Notes under the pieces: generated by a model
Told to the model about the DNA's origin: nothing
Databases searched by the model: none
Seen by the model: only the letters and a program-made list of their open reading frames with translations
Translations under genes and position numbers: made by a program
NCBI GenBank assembly: GCA_963767735.1
Contig: CAVYES010000007.1
Coordinates: forward strand, 1 to 64,000
DNA length: 64,000 bases
DNA from: Candidatus Bathyarchaeota archaeon
GTDB taxonomy: Archaea > Thermoproteota > Bathyarchaeia > Bathyarchaeales > Bathycorpusculaceae
Direction: 5' to 3'
Part shown: in pieces, positions 28,623 to 39,100 of the stretch
Layout: each line of letters begins with the position of its first letter
Numbering within the stretch: position 1 is the stretch's first letter

Positions 28623-29651
28623 TTGATGAACGGTGAGAACTTAACGAAACAGAACATTTTGATGACTGGCGGCACGGGGTTTGCTGGTCGATACGCCATT
28701 AAAAGGTTAGTCAGTGAAGGACATTGTGTTTATGCTTTGGTCAGAAACAAGAAAAAGCTGACGAATGTTATAAAACAGAATATTATTGAACAATACGGTC
28801 TAAAAGTGATTGAAGTAGAGAACCCAGAAAAATTAAAGGTAATGGATTTAAAAAGAATAATTGAGGAAAATGAAATTACGACAATATTGCATATTGCCGG
28901 TATTAGGGGCGAAAATAGGAAGGTGTCTTGGAGTGAGTATCTTGAAGTCAACGTATTTTGGACCAAAAACTTGGCGTTGGCCTTTCTTGATGCAAAAGTT
29001 AACCATAACAAATTCATATTTACAAGCACTGTAGGTGTATATGGGACAATACCCCAGCGTATTCCTGCAGATGAAGAAACTCCATATGATCCGGACGGGC
29101 TTTATCACAAATCCAAGATGATCGCTGAAAAAGAGCTACTTGAGTTAGAATTGAGTTCTGATTTACCGTTGATAATACTGAGGCCAACCATAATATATGG
29201 AAATGAAGACCTCGGTTTTTTGTATAAGTTTTTTAGGCTAATGAGGAAAAAAGTTTTCCCCTTATGCGGAAGCAATCCGCGCCTTCATTTGTTAGATGTC
29301 GAGCTTTTGGCCGATACATATGCAGAGTTAGTTAAATGGAACTACAAGCCATCGCATTGTATTTTTAACGTTGGAGACCGGGAACCGGTAGATATCGCGA
29401 AGCTGTCAGAGTATACCAGTAAGTCTATGAATGCTGGATACTTGAAAATTCCTTCTTTTGTTTTTGCTTTTTTGACTAATTTATGTGCGTTTAACCGTCA
29501 ATATTCTGTGTCGCTAAAACTAATAAGTAAAAGCTGGTTCTACAACGTAGATAAACTGTATAAAACATTCAATTTTAAGGCAGTGGATACGATTCAATCA
29601 TTGGACAAGAAATACATCGGATGGTACAAAGGAGCTGGAGAAATTGGATAA
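28623..29651 (+). CDS. NAD-dependent epimerase/dehydratase (extended SDR)
   Basis: TGGTGFAG, STVGVYG, YHKSK and LRPTIIYG motifs. Confidence 0.9.
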   Translation: MMNGENLTKQNILMTGGTGFAGRYAIKRLVSEGHCVYALVRNKKKLTNVIKQNIIEQYGLKVIEVENPEKLKVMDLKRIIEENEITTILHIAGIRGENRKVSWSEYLEVNVFWTKNLALAFLDAKVNHNKFIFTSTVGVYGTIPQRIPADEETPYDPDGLYHKSKMIAEKELLELELSSDLPLIILRPTIIYGNEDLGFLYKFFRLMRKKVFPLCGSNPRLHLLDVELLADTYAELVKWNYKPSHCIFNVGDREPVDIAKLSEYTSKSMNAGYLKIPSFVFAFLTNLCAFNRQYSVSLKLISKSWFYNVDKLYKTFNFKAVDTIQSLDKKYIGWYKGAGEIG

Positions 29652-30306
29652 GGGTTTTGGTACAGCCTACGAAAAATCGGTAATAAACAAGATTTTTAAC
29701 GACTTGGTTGAAAAGTACAAAATCAAAACGGTCTGTGAATTTCCCGCCAATGATCTTATGGAGAATAACAGTTCTGGATTTGAAGTTCTTGGGTGTAACG
29801 TAACGTACCAATCATTAAATGATGTTAAAACATCTGACCAATACGATTTAGTCTGGTGTTTTTGTGAAATAGAGCAGCAGGAGGATCCATCAAAACTAAT
29901 TGAAAAAATTTTTGACAAATCGCATCGATATGTGTTGATTGTTACTCAGAATAAAAGAAATTTGGGCGTACCTTTACATTATATATACCACATCTTGTGC
30001 GGCAGGAAATGGGACCACGGTCATTTGAAACACATGACAATAGCAAGTGTTGAAAAAGAGTTTGCCAAAAAGAACGTTTCAATTATCCAACGCGGGGCAT
30101 TCGATGTGCCCTGGTTTATTCTTGATGTTTATGAGGCAGGAAACCTATTGTTGCGTTTAGTCCCAAAGTCGCTTTTACGTGGAAAAATTAAACAAACTGA
30201 AATAAAGGATAGCTTGTTTGAAAATCTTCCCTTCCCCATCAAAAAGTGGTTGTCTCATCATGTCTACATTCTTATCCGGAGGAATTCGTCTTTAATAAGT
30301 TCTTAA
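29644..30306 (+). CDS. Hypothetical protein, possibly a degenerate class I methyltransferase fold
   Basis: YDLVW...EQQEDP...VLIVTQN resembles MTase motifs but there is no GxGxG; overlaps the upstream stop. Confidence 0.55.
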   Translation: MDKGFGTAYEKSVINKIFNDLVEKYKIKTVCEFPANDLMENNSSGFEVLGCNVTYQSLNDVKTSDQYDLVWCFCEIEQQEDPSKLIEKIFDKSHRYVLIVTQNKRNLGVPLHYIYHILCGRKWDHGHLKHMTIASVEKEFAKKNVSIIQRGAFDVPWFILDVYEAGNLLLRLVPKSLLRGKIKQTEIKDSLFENLPFPIKKWLSHHVYILIRRNSSLISS

Positions 30307-30612
30307 AACAAGATTACATCGTCAAAACACTTAATGACTAATTTTACAAATCTAAAATTGCTTACTAAATTCTTTGTTCTGCGCATCTAACGAACCTTAG
30401 CAAAATGAATTACCTATTGGCAGAATTGGGTGAACTTAAGAATTTGCCGACTATTGAACCAGTTACGACTATTTTGTATGTCGCAAGCGATAACACACAA
30501 GTACAGTAATAAGATTTTTGATAACAAAACCTTCAATGAGAAGGTCTCCCGGATGCAAACATCATCTCCTTTGAAATTAAACGAATCTGAAGAAAATTTT
30601 GCAGTTTCACCT

Positions 30613-31506
30613 ATGAAAGTGGGCATTGCCATACCAACGTACAATGAAAAAGGAAATCTTCAACCCCTTATCGAGCGTCTGCTCAGAGTCTTCCAAAGTA
30701 ATGAAATCTCCGGTCGTATAGTAATAGTTGACGATAGAAGCACCGATGGGACAGGAGAGCTTGCAGATAGTCTGGCACAAATATACAGAAACGTTTCCGT
30801 AATTCACAGACCGGGAAAACTAGGCTTAGGAAGCGCATACAAAGATGCTTTCCAATTCTTGCTTAGCGATCCTGAGGTTAGCGTAGTAATGGAGATGGAT
30901 GGTGACCTTTCGCATGAACCTGAGTATATTCCAAGCTTTCTTGCAAAGATAGAAGAAGGATATGACGTAGTCATAGGATCTCGTTACATCAAGGGAGGCG
31001 CAATAGGTAAAGAATGGGCGCCCATGAGACGGCTCATAAGCAAATCAGCCAATTTTATGACAACTCTTTTTGTAGGTCTGAATGTCAAAGATGCCACAAG
31101 CGGATTTCGCGCTTACGAATCGTATGCCTTGAAAACAATTGATCTTTCAAAAATAAGAACAAACGACTACGCCTTCCAAATAGACATGCTTCACCACTGC
31201 CGAAATGCTGGCTGCGAAATAGCTGAAGCCCCAATAATCTTTCAAGAAAGAAAACATGGAAAATCAAAACTTGGAACCTGCGCAATTCTGGAATTCCTTA
31301 AAACTCTGGAAAACTCTTTCGTCGGAAGAATCTGCTCAATCATTCAATCTACTGGCCAATCATCATCGATTTGGATAACAAATGCCCTTTGGATAGGCAT
31401 AAAACCTCTTCGTACAGCCATTAAAGAAGCAAATTCAATGCATGTTAACGTGTCATCAAGATTTACGGAACAGATTTGCGGCTGTTCAAGAATTGAAAAT
31501 ATTTGA
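30613..31506 (+). CDS. Polyprenol-phosphate mannose synthase-like GT2 (ORF track starts at 30430)
   Basis: IPTYNEKGN, VDDRSTDGT, KLGLGSAY, MDGDLSHEP, GSRY and DATSGFRAY motifs. Confidence 0.9.
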   Translation: MKVGIAIPTYNEKGNLQPLIERLLRVFQSNEISGRIVIVDDRSTDGTGELADSLAQIYRNVSVIHRPGKLGLGSAYKDAFQFLLSDPEVSVVMEMDGDLSHEPEYIPSFLAKIEEGYDVVIGSRYIKGGAIGKEWAPMRRLISKSANFMTTLFVGLNVKDATSGFRAYESYALKTIDLSKIRTNDYAFQIDMLHHCRNAGCEIAEAPIIFQERKHGKSKLGTCAILEFLKTLENSFVGRICSIIQSTGQSSSIWITNALWIGIKPLRTAIKEANSMHVNVSSRFTEQICGCSRIENI

Positions 31507-31521
31507 TAATGGCGAGTTTTT

Positions 31522-32556
31522 ATGACTGTGCTACCAGTACTTTCAGATTTTGAAGAGAATGGTTCACGAGTAAAAATGAAGGCGTTGACTCATACATTAC
31601 CCACTGCGAGCATGATGGTTGGAATCGCCGTCTCCAATGAGGAACAGAACATAGGAAACTTACTAGAAAATTTGGATAAGTGTTCCCTCCCAGAGATTGA
31701 AACGATATGCATAGTTTCTTCGGGCTCCACGGATAAAACTGATGAAATTGTACGAGCATATTCTCAGTATGATGCAAGAATTAAACTGATTATTGAACAG
31801 GAAAGAAATGGAAAATCTTCTGCTCTGAATATTCTTCTTGCAGAGTCGGAGAACTACGATTTTGTTGTCTATACTGGTGGCGATAATATTCCATGTCAAG
31901 GAGCATTAGTTCGGCTCCTAAATATGTTAAAGGCAGAAGACATGGATATAGTTGGAGCAAGACCGATTCCAGTTAATGATCCGAACACCTTCTTGGGTTT
32001 CTGCTGTCATCTACTGTGGAATCTTCATCATGAAAGCTCACTTGAAGTGCCTAAAATAAGTGGAGAATTAATGGCATTCAAAACTAGAATTGTACGCGAA
32101 TTACCGCCCGCGATTATAAATGATGATGCTTACATTCAGACACTGGGCGAGATGAAAAAACGTAGAATAGCATATTGCCCCGAAGCAGAGGTACTTCTAA
32201 AAGGTCCTTCAACTGCAAAAGATTTTATCGCCCAGAGAAGAAGAGTATTCGTCGGGCACAAACAACTCGAGTTGTTAGTTGGTAGAAAGATTTCAACAAT
32301 GAAGGCACCTAAATGGAAAGATATCTTGAAAGCATGCCCTTTTAAGGGCGTCAAAGGGAGAACTTATGCCTTGGGTTTTCTTTTTCTTCAAGGGATAGCA
32401 TTTCTATTAGCGAAATGGGACTTCGCCAGGCGTAATTTGCCTATCAAGTGGAGGATGGTCGAAACAACGAAGAACCTTCAGAGGGAAGCTGAAGCTATAT
32501 TGCTTTCTAAAATGGAACCACTTGCAATTAGACAGAAAACTGAAAAAGCAAATTAG
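31522..32556 (+). CDS. GT2-family glycosyltransferase
   Basis: NEEQNI, SGSTDKT, GKSSALN, SGELMAF, INDDAY and QRRRV motifs. Confidence 0.85.
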   Translation: MTVLPVLSDFEENGSRVKMKALTHTLPTASMMVGIAVSNEEQNIGNLLENLDKCSLPEIETICIVSSGSTDKTDEIVRAYSQYDARIKLIIEQERNGKSSALNILLAESENYDFVVYTGGDNIPCQGALVRLLNMLKAEDMDIVGARPIPVNDPNTFLGFCCHLLWNLHHESSLEVPKISGELMAFKTRIVRELPPAIINDDAYIQTLGEMKKRRIAYCPEAEVLLKGPSTAKDFIAQRRRVFVGHKQLELLVGRKISTMKAPKWKDILKACPFKGVKGRTYALGFLFLQGIAFLLAKWDFARRNLPIKWRMVETTKNLQREAEAILLSKMEPLAIRQKTEKAN

Positions 32557-32575
32557 CTTTTGAAAGTGGAGAACT

Positions 32576-33703
32576 ATGATTGAAACTGCTCTTGAGTTGG
32601 CCCCGAGAATTGTACATTATAAGTCATCTCGACTTCTTGGTTTCAAACCCTCCTTGCCTATTAGCTTGACAGTAAGTGTTACGAATCAATGCAATTCAAG
32701 ATGCAAGACATGCTCAATCTGGAGACATTACAGCAACCATCAAGAATTAAGTGCACGAGAGTTTAAGACTGAAGAATTCGAGAAAACTTTTCAGAAGTTT
32801 GGAGGAAAAGTCTTCTGGGCCACACTTAGTGGCGGCGAGCCCTTCGTGAGACGAGATTTATCTCAAATATTTGAGGCGCTATGTGAACAATGCCATCCAG
32901 CCGTTGTGAACATTCCATCGAACGGCTTGCTTCCTTCAACGATTGAAAGTCAAGTTAGAAAAATGCTTGAAAAGAGTTTCGATACGAATCTCACTCTGAA
33001 TCTCTCTCTTGATGGAGTAGGAGAAAAACATGAGAAAATACGAGGTGTTCCCGGAAACTTTGGGAAAGTGATAGACACATATGAACGAGTAAGGGGCCTC
33101 AAAGAGGAGTTTCCTCGTTTCCAAGTTGGAATACACACAGTTATTTCAAAGCACAACATTAACGACGCAGTCGATGTGTATAAGTTTGCTAAAAGTCTTG
33201 GTCCAGACTCTTATATTACCGAGGTTGCTGAGCACAGAACTGAGCTCTTTAACTTGGCCGATGACATTACTCCAGATGCGGAGTCCTACGAGAAGTTTGC
33301 TGACGAATTGTCTAAGCACATTCGCACTGACTATTTGCATTCGAAAAAGAACGTTTCAAAGTTGACTCAATGTTTTCGCCTCGAATATTACCGAGTTGCA
33401 GCTCAGGTACTTCGAGAAAACAGGCAAGTTATACCTTGTTACGCTGGGTATGCGTCATGTCAGATTACGCCGTTTGGAGATATTTGGCCTTGCTGTATCC
33501 TTGGATACGACAAGCCAATGGGGAATCTTCGTGAAGTCAATTATGAATTCAAGAAAATTTGGCACTCAAAAAAGGCTAATGAAATTAGAAAGTACATTAG
33601 GGGCAAGAACTGTGCGTGTCCCCTTGCAAATGCTCACTACACCAATTTTCTATGTAACTTTACGAGTCTTATTGAGGTATCCAAGAACCTAATGCCGTTT
33701 TAA
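32576..33703 (+). CDS. Radical SAM/SPASM-twitch domain protein
   Basis: CNSRCKTC, SGGEP, SLDG, C-terminal CYAG...GDIWPCC...CACP. Confidence 0.9.
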   Translation: MIETALELAPRIVHYKSSRLLGFKPSLPISLTVSVTNQCNSRCKTCSIWRHYSNHQELSAREFKTEEFEKTFQKFGGKVFWATLSGGEPFVRRDLSQIFEALCEQCHPAVVNIPSNGLLPSTIESQVRKMLEKSFDTNLTLNLSLDGVGEKHEKIRGVPGNFGKVIDTYERVRGLKEEFPRFQVGIHTVISKHNINDAVDVYKFAKSLGPDSYITEVAEHRTELFNLADDITPDAESYEKFADELSKHIRTDYLHSKKNVSKLTQCFRLEYYRVAAQVLRENRQVIPCYAGYASCQITPFGDIWPCCILGYDKPMGNLREVNYEFKKIWHSKKANEIRKYIRGKNCACPLANAHYTNFLCNFTSLIEVSKNLMPF

Positions 33704-33734
33704 GAATTTAAATAAGATTTTAGAGGTGTACTAT

Positions 33735-34499
33735 TTATCCTAAGTTGGTGCATATTGCGTTCGCTCCAACGGTTATACCTCGTTGATCTTGGCAAAGCAT
33801 AGAGACAAGAAGAGGGTCGCTTAACTGATCTGTTTGAGTCGTAAATGATATTGCGTATGTTCCATTGCCAAAACCTGTTATGCTCGGCGAATCTACCTTT
33901 ACCCAACCATCAGTTGCATTCTCAAAGCAAAAAGTGAAGTTTTGCGCTAAAGCGGGTTTGCCCTCGTTGAGTATGTTGACTGTTAAGTTTACTTGCGTGT
34001 AGTTGCTGTAAAGTTGCAAATAACCGCTCAAAACGGCCTCTGTAGTTACGTTTACATCATATACCAAATTAGAATATGTTGAAGAGCTTGAAGAGTCAAA
34101 GACAAAACTGACAAAAGCACTTGAGACCCCTTGGCCGTCAGCACCCCAAGAGATCCAGACGCCGTTTTGGTAGGGGGCTGCGTTTAGCGGAGTATAATTC
34201 ATTTGGAGCATGGCTTGGTATGAGTCGTTAGTGATTGCCGCATTCAATATGTTTAAGTCACCGGTCAAAACGGCTGAGTCGCCACCGTTAGTGATGTTTG
34301 CCAGTGCACTAGTCAGAGTATTTCTTGTGCTTTGCTGATATGCTGGGAAAACGTTGTTTTCTCCGGTGTCAACAGTCGGCACCGCTTTTTCGGTTTCAAA
34401 GACACAGATGGCGGTGGAGAGTAAAAGCGACGCTACCAGTAAAGCTGTAATTATAATCACTTGGCCTGAATTGTTGCGTTTTAAGCTGCGCCTTTTCAT
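33735..34499 (-). CDS. Minor pilin-like protein (class III signal peptide)
   Basis: MKRRSLKRNNSG/QVIIITALLVASLLL. Confidence 0.75.
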   Translation of the reverse strand: MKRRSLKRNNSGQVIIITALLVASLLLSTAICVFETEKAVPTVDTGENNVFPAYQQSTRNTLTSALANITNGGDSAVLTGDLNILNAAITNDSYQAMLQMNYTPLNAAPYQNGVWISWGADGQGVSSAFVSFVFDSSSSSTYSNLVYDVNVTTEAVLSGYLQLYSNYTQVNLTVNILNEGKPALAQNFTFCFENATDGWVKVDSPSITGFGNGTYAISFTTQTDQLSDPLLVSMLCQDQRGITVGANAICTNLG

Positions 34500-34924
34500 G
34501 TTAATCCTTCCTCGGATAGTTGCAGCCTAAGGATGTAGAGTGTATATGTGCTGTTTGGGCTTGCGCAAACGTAATCCACTGAAACGATTTTGTCACTCAC
34601 TGCGCCTGCGTTGCAAATTGGATAAGGATTAATGACATGCATATTCTGGTCGAAAACTGTTAAGTTAAACCACATTGTAAGCGGAAGAGCGGACTCCACG
34701 CAATCTTTAAGCGCTGCCCAATTTTGATTCTCAACTAAGGTTGCTAAGTGCCCGTTGCTGTCTAAGCTTAACAGAACGTTTTGAGCTGTTGAAATAAGAT
34801 TTCCCTTGGAATCCGTCGCGCTTGATGATGATGGAATAAGAGCTAAGCATGCCATCAGAAGGATTGTAGCGAAAATCGCTTCTATTATGCGCACTTGCCC
34901 TCTCTTGTCTTTTAGCAGTCTCAG
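34496..34924 (-). CDS. Minor pilin-like protein (class III signal peptide)
   Basis: Extending the track ORF (34894) upstream gives LRLLKDKRG/QVRIIEAIFA; probable CTG start at 34924 overlapping the upstream TGA. Confidence 0.7.
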   Translation of the reverse strand: MRLLKDKRGQVRIIEAIFATILLMACLALIPSSSSATDSKGNLISTAQNVLLSLDSNGHLATLVENQNWAALKDCVESALPLTMWFNLTVFDQNMHVINPYPICNAGAVSDKIVSVDYVCASPNSTYTLYILRLQLSEEGLT

Positions 34925-35967
34925 GAAATCACATCTCCAAAACTTACATCAACCTTATAGAGCACACCGTTTATTGTCACGATGTAGCTGAAGACGTTTT
35001 GCTCTGAATCCTCAAAGCTTGAACCTGCTTTCAATGGAACTTGAGGATAAGAGGTCCATTCTTGAAAATAAGTGCCCTTACTGACACCGCAGAGAACCAT
35101 GACGAAGGGGCTTTGGTCAATTATCCTAGGAATCGCATATTGAGTTGCGTTCTGTATGGGAGTGAGATTTTGTTGATATGTGTAGGAGAAGATGTAGCTG
35201 TTTTGGATTGTTAAGTCAGTTGAATTTGTAGTGTAGCTTAACGTGTAATTAAGCGGGGTTAATGTTAAAATGTCGTTGCTCGGGGCTGATTCCTGGGTTG
35301 AATTTTGGAAGTTATAGATTGCGTATGAAGTTATTCTGCCGTCGAAAGATGCTCTTGCGAACATAATAAGCATAGCACCGTTAGTTGATGCGCTTGGGAC
35401 TTGAACAGTAACGTAACCAACTCCAATGCCTGAAGTACTTTCGGTTACGTTGCTCAGATAGTTGTCCGCTAAAACATAGCAGTTTAGGCTTGCGCTTGTG
35501 GGTTCGGAATCAATGCTTGTTAAAATCGCAAAGTTAAAAGATTCATTGTTGCCTGTTGTGATGTTGCTTGTTTGTTCCATGTTTATGGACATAACTTGAG
35601 AAACCGTTATGCCTAAAGCTACATTGTTTAGTTTAGCGGCGTTTTCCATGTCAAAGTAGGACAACGAGTAACTGTTTAGGTTGTTTAATCGAGTGATTTT
35701 ATCCATGTCGAGTTCATAGGGAGTTGTGGAAGAAGAGGCGGCTAACCCGAAGTCGAAGGGAACACTGCTGCTTGTTCCCCAGTTAACGGGGGTTCCAGGA
35801 GTTGTTATGATGTCGTCGGCTATGGCTTGCAGGTAACTATCTTTGTTGATGTTTTGTGTGTCATTTATGCTGGTTTGCATTGTGGAGCATAGGAAAGCGG
35901 TTGCTATCAAAGCAACGGTCACAATTATTGTGCATGCAAAGAAAGTGTCGATGGATGTTGATGGCAA
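34921..35967 (-). CDS. Pilus-associated membrane-anchored protein
   Basis: N-terminal TM helix and TTPGTPVNWG..FGLA motif; lies within the pilus operon. Confidence 0.7.
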   Translation of the reverse strand: MPSTSIDTFFACTIIVTVALIATAFLCSTMQTSINDTQNINKDSYLQAIADDIITTPGTPVNWGTSSSVPFDFGLAASSSTTPYELDMDKITRLNNLNSYSLSYFDMENAAKLNNVALGITVSQVMSINMEQTSNITTGNNESFNFAILTSIDSEPTSASLNCYVLADNYLSNVTESTSGIGVGYVTVQVPSASTNGAMLIMFARASFDGRITSYAIYNFQNSTQESAPSNDILTLTPLNYTLSYTTNSTDLTIQNSYIFSYTYQQNLTPIQNATQYAIPRIIDQSPFVMVLCGVSKGTYFQEWTSYPQVPLKAGSSFEDSEQNVFSYIVTINGVLYKVDVSFGDVIS

Positions 35968-35982
35968 CGCATGTTTCTCCTT

Positions 35983-37512
35983 TTAGCTGCCGGTTAGTCC
36001 CCCGGTTAGTCCTCCAAAAAGGTGTGAAAGAACAATTTGGGAAACAACTAAAGACACGTATGCAGTTGTTGCCAACAATGCTGCATGTTTAAATCCGGCG
36101 CCCAAGTTACCTTCGCTGATTTTTCCGATGAAGAACCCTGAGACCCAGCATTGAATGATAATGCCTACAGAGAACATGTTGAGCTGGCCTGACATGGGTA
36201 CTGCAGCGACAGAGCCGAGATTTGTGCTGTTTACAGTTGTCATCATGCTGGTGGTTAAACTGGTAGTTATGCCCACTATGGTAGTTGTGACAGCTATTAA
36301 TCCGCTCCACATGAAAGCGAGAAGTATGTAAGGCTTCAAAAGTTCACGTCGATTCACTTGCAATTCGCGTTCTTTTTCACTGTATTCTGAAAGTATCTCT
36401 AGCGATTGGGTTGAGTTGCCGCCGATTTCAATGGTTTCCACCATCATGGAAAAGTTAATTGTGACAAACCAACTTCGAATTTCCTTACGTATGTTATCAA
36501 AAGTTTTTCTTAACGGTATGCCCCATTCAATTTGGCTACGCATTAAATCTAGAAATTTTGAGAAGGGGCCGTAATCTTTGCGTTTCGTCGCTTGGATTAT
36601 GCTTTTTTCTGGGGAAAGCCCTGTTTTCTGTGATTCTGTAATGTCTCTTATGAAGCTGGGAAGTGATTCTTCCGCGTTGTAGTTGATTTTTGCGATCTTC
36701 CGATATTGAAGTGCAATCGGCAATGAAGCAGCAACTAAGCATATGGTAGCGATTGCAGGTAACCCCACAGGGCTCACGGCTTGTGAAAGTTGAGGAACAA
36801 TTGCAATGAGAGCTATTACGGCGAATGCTGGTGGTACGAAGAATAAGGCTTTTTTGTAAAGGTCGCTCAAGTCGGGGAAAGCGCTTTGCTGCAGGTTATG
36901 CGCCATCAAAATGAAGATGCACGACCCCACAGGCATAATGATAAACGCGATTAAGTAAGACAACATAGGTGAAGTGGATGCTGAACTGCTTACCAGCAGT
37001 GACATAACGTTTGATGATGATAAAACAACAAAAAGAATATACGAGCATAAAACAACAATCAGCATGACCGAGTAGGCTTCAACCAAAGCGGCGATTTTCT
37101 CAATTGATCGGTTCAGATTAATGTAACGCAACTCAAAGATTGCTTTCAACTGGCTTTTCATGTAATCAACCATTTTTCCGCCACTTCTAACTGAAGAAAC
37201 AAAGCCGCCTAGAAAATTTCTATAAAGCTTGGAGCCAGTGGCTTCTGCCCGCATCTGCATGACAGTTAAAGGGTCTTTGCCTAAAACTTCAACTTGGCGC
37301 ACGACTTCGTCTGCTTCTTTTTTGAATACTGGAAGGAATGTTAGCTTTCGCATTTTTTTCCAGCTCTCGTAGGGGGATATTCCACTTGCAGCCATAAGCG
37401 TGAAAATCATTACTGCAAACGGCAGTTCCCGATCGGTTTTCTCTTTTTCTTCACTAGTAGACTTAAATAGTGAACCGAAGATTTTGCCGAAAAAACCGCC
37501 AGAAGCACCCAT
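35983..37512 (-). CDS. Type IV pilus platform membrane protein (TadC/PilC/T2SSF family)
   Basis: Two T2SSF domains (ELPFA...AASGISP; LPSFIRDITESQKTGLSP) and SGFFIGKISEG..GAGFKH. Confidence 0.9.
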   Translation of the reverse strand: MGASGGFFGKIFGSLFKSTSEEKEKTDRELPFAVMIFTLMAASGISPYESWKKMRKLTFLPVFKKEADEVVRQVEVLGKDPLTVMQMRAEATGSKLYRNFLGGFVSSVRSGGKMVDYMKSQLKAIFELRYINLNRSIEKIAALVEAYSVMLIVVLCSYILFVVLSSSNVMSLLVSSSASTSPMLSYLIAFIIMPVGSCIFILMAHNLQQSAFPDLSDLYKKALFFVPPAFAVIALIAIVPQLSQAVSPVGLPAIATICLVAASLPIALQYRKIAKINYNAEESLPSFIRDITESQKTGLSPEKSIIQATKRKDYGPFSKFLDLMRSQIEWGIPLRKTFDNIRKEIRSWFVTINFSMMVETIEIGGNSTQSLEILSEYSEKERELQVNRRELLKPYILLAFMWSGLIAVTTTIVGITTSLTTSMMTTVNSTNLGSVAAVPMSGQLNMFSVGIIIQCWVSGFFIGKISEGNLGAGFKHAALLATTAYVSLVVSQIVLSHLFGGLTGGLTGS

Positions 37513-37516
37513 CTTA

Positions 37517-39094
37517 TTATTGCTCCTTTGTCTGTTCTTTAGCGGCTAAATCAGAGAGGATAAGTGAACTGTTTAATGCCTTGTGGACGCTTCTAAAGTC
37601 GCGAAGGTTTTGCTCAACCATTCTTAGCATAATTTGTTTTCTTCGCTCAAACTCCTGTTGAACAACGCTTAATGGAGCATCGAGGTTTTTGGCTATCTTA
37701 GATAGTAAATAGCTTTTGTCTAGGTTCTGTTGGAAAGTATCTGAAGACATGTTCCAATTAAACACTTCATGTGGAACACCATTGTTATCGATTTCATCGA
37801 CACTAACAAATTTTCTAGTGGATTTTTTTCGTTCTTGCGGGTTGATGCTTGAGGTGTTGACTTGCTTGACAACGATTACACAGTTCATAAGTGACAATAT
37901 GTTTTGCGGGATGTTCATGGGTGGCTGTGTTAGCCGTTTAATGACTGTTTCTACGTCGTCCGCGTGCATAGTGCATAATCCGCCGTGTCCGGTTGCTAAG
38001 GCTTGAAAGAGAACGTATGCTTCTTCTCCTCTGATTTCGCCCACAAGAATTAAGGCGGGTCTGTGCCTAACGGCTGATTTAATTAAGTCGTAGAGTGTGA
38101 CTTCGCCTTCGCTGTCTCCTCCGAATCCTGTTCGCGCAATAGTTGATACCCAGTTTTCCTGAGGCAAGTTAATTTCTTGAACTTCCTCAATCGAAATCAT
38201 CTTAAAGTCTGGTCGCACCAAACATGCAATCGCGTTTAGGGCTGTTGTTTTTCCTGCGCCTGTTGGGCCCACAATCATGACTGACATTTTGTTTTCCATT
38301 AGCATCCAAAGGTACGCTGCGATTGACTCGTCGATTGTTTCGTTGATTATTAGGTCAACGATGGTTAATGGATCTTCTTTGAACTTTCGTATGGTGAAGC
38401 TTGTTCCGGCTGGGGTTGTTTCTTTTCCGAAGGATATTGCAAGTCTGTGCTTTCCTGGAAGGGTTAAGTCTACTATTGGGTGAGCTATGCTTACGTGTTT
38501 GCCTTGTCTGTGCACTATTCTTGTCATGAAATCGTCTAATTCTTCTTCATCAGTGAAAATAATGTTGGTTCGTGCGTTAGCGTATTTTCTATGATAAATG
38601 AAAACGGACTTGTTTAGGCCTAAACAGCTTATATCTTCTATTAACGGATCGTTTATGAGCCCTTCGATTTTTCCGTAACCTATCAAGTCTTTTTCAATGT
38701 AGTAACTGATTTTTCTTAGACCCACTTGGCTGATTCCTTCGAGAGCTTTCAGGTGCTCTTCCAATATGGTTGGAAGTTGTCTGTGGAACGAGTCAACAAG
38801 CGTTTCATCTATTCTTGGAGCTTTAAGCTCATATTCAAGAATGCTTTTTAGGCGTTTGTAAGATTCTCTTTCTTCTCTGGACATGGGAAGTTCATCAACA
38901 ACATAGAAGAAGCTTCCTTCAGAGTCATCTTGGAATATCCAAGCGTAAGAGAACGGGGGATTGAGGGGGTAACTTTCGACTTGCGTGTAACCTTCGGGCA
39001 CCTGATAGCCCTGAATGCCTAAGTAAGCTATCATTTCCTCGTCTGAGGTTTTTTCTTTTTCTTGGACTTCTTGTTTCTTTTTGCCTAAGTTCAA
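37517..39094 (-). CDS. Type IV pilus assembly ATPase (VirB11/TadA/PilB family)
   Basis: DPLIEDISC, SFTIRKF, GPTGAGKTT, SIEEVQEI, VGEIRGEEA and TGHGGLCTMHA motifs. Confidence 0.95.
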   Translation of the reverse strand: MNLGKKKQEVQEKEKTSDEEMIAYLGIQGYQVPEGYTQVESYPLNPPFSYAWIFQDDSEGSFFYVVDELPMSREERESYKRLKSILEYELKAPRIDETLVDSFHRQLPTILEEHLKALEGISQVGLRKISYYIEKDLIGYGKIEGLINDPLIEDISCLGLNKSVFIYHRKYANARTNIIFTDEEELDDFMTRIVHRQGKHVSIAHPIVDLTLPGKHRLAISFGKETTPAGTSFTIRKFKEDPLTIVDLIINETIDESIAAYLWMLMENKMSVMIVGPTGAGKTTALNAIACLVRPDFKMISIEEVQEINLPQENWVSTIARTGFGGDSEGEVTLYDLIKSAVRHRPALILVGEIRGEEAYVLFQALATGHGGLCTMHADDVETVIKRLTQPPMNIPQNILSLMNCVIVVKQVNTSSINPQERKKSTRKFVSVDEIDNNGVPHEVFNWNMSSDTFQQNLDKSYLLSKIAKNLDAPLSVVQQEFERRKQIMLRMVEQNLRDFRSVHKALNSSLILSDLAAKEQTKEQ

Positions 39095-39100
39095 TTTTCA

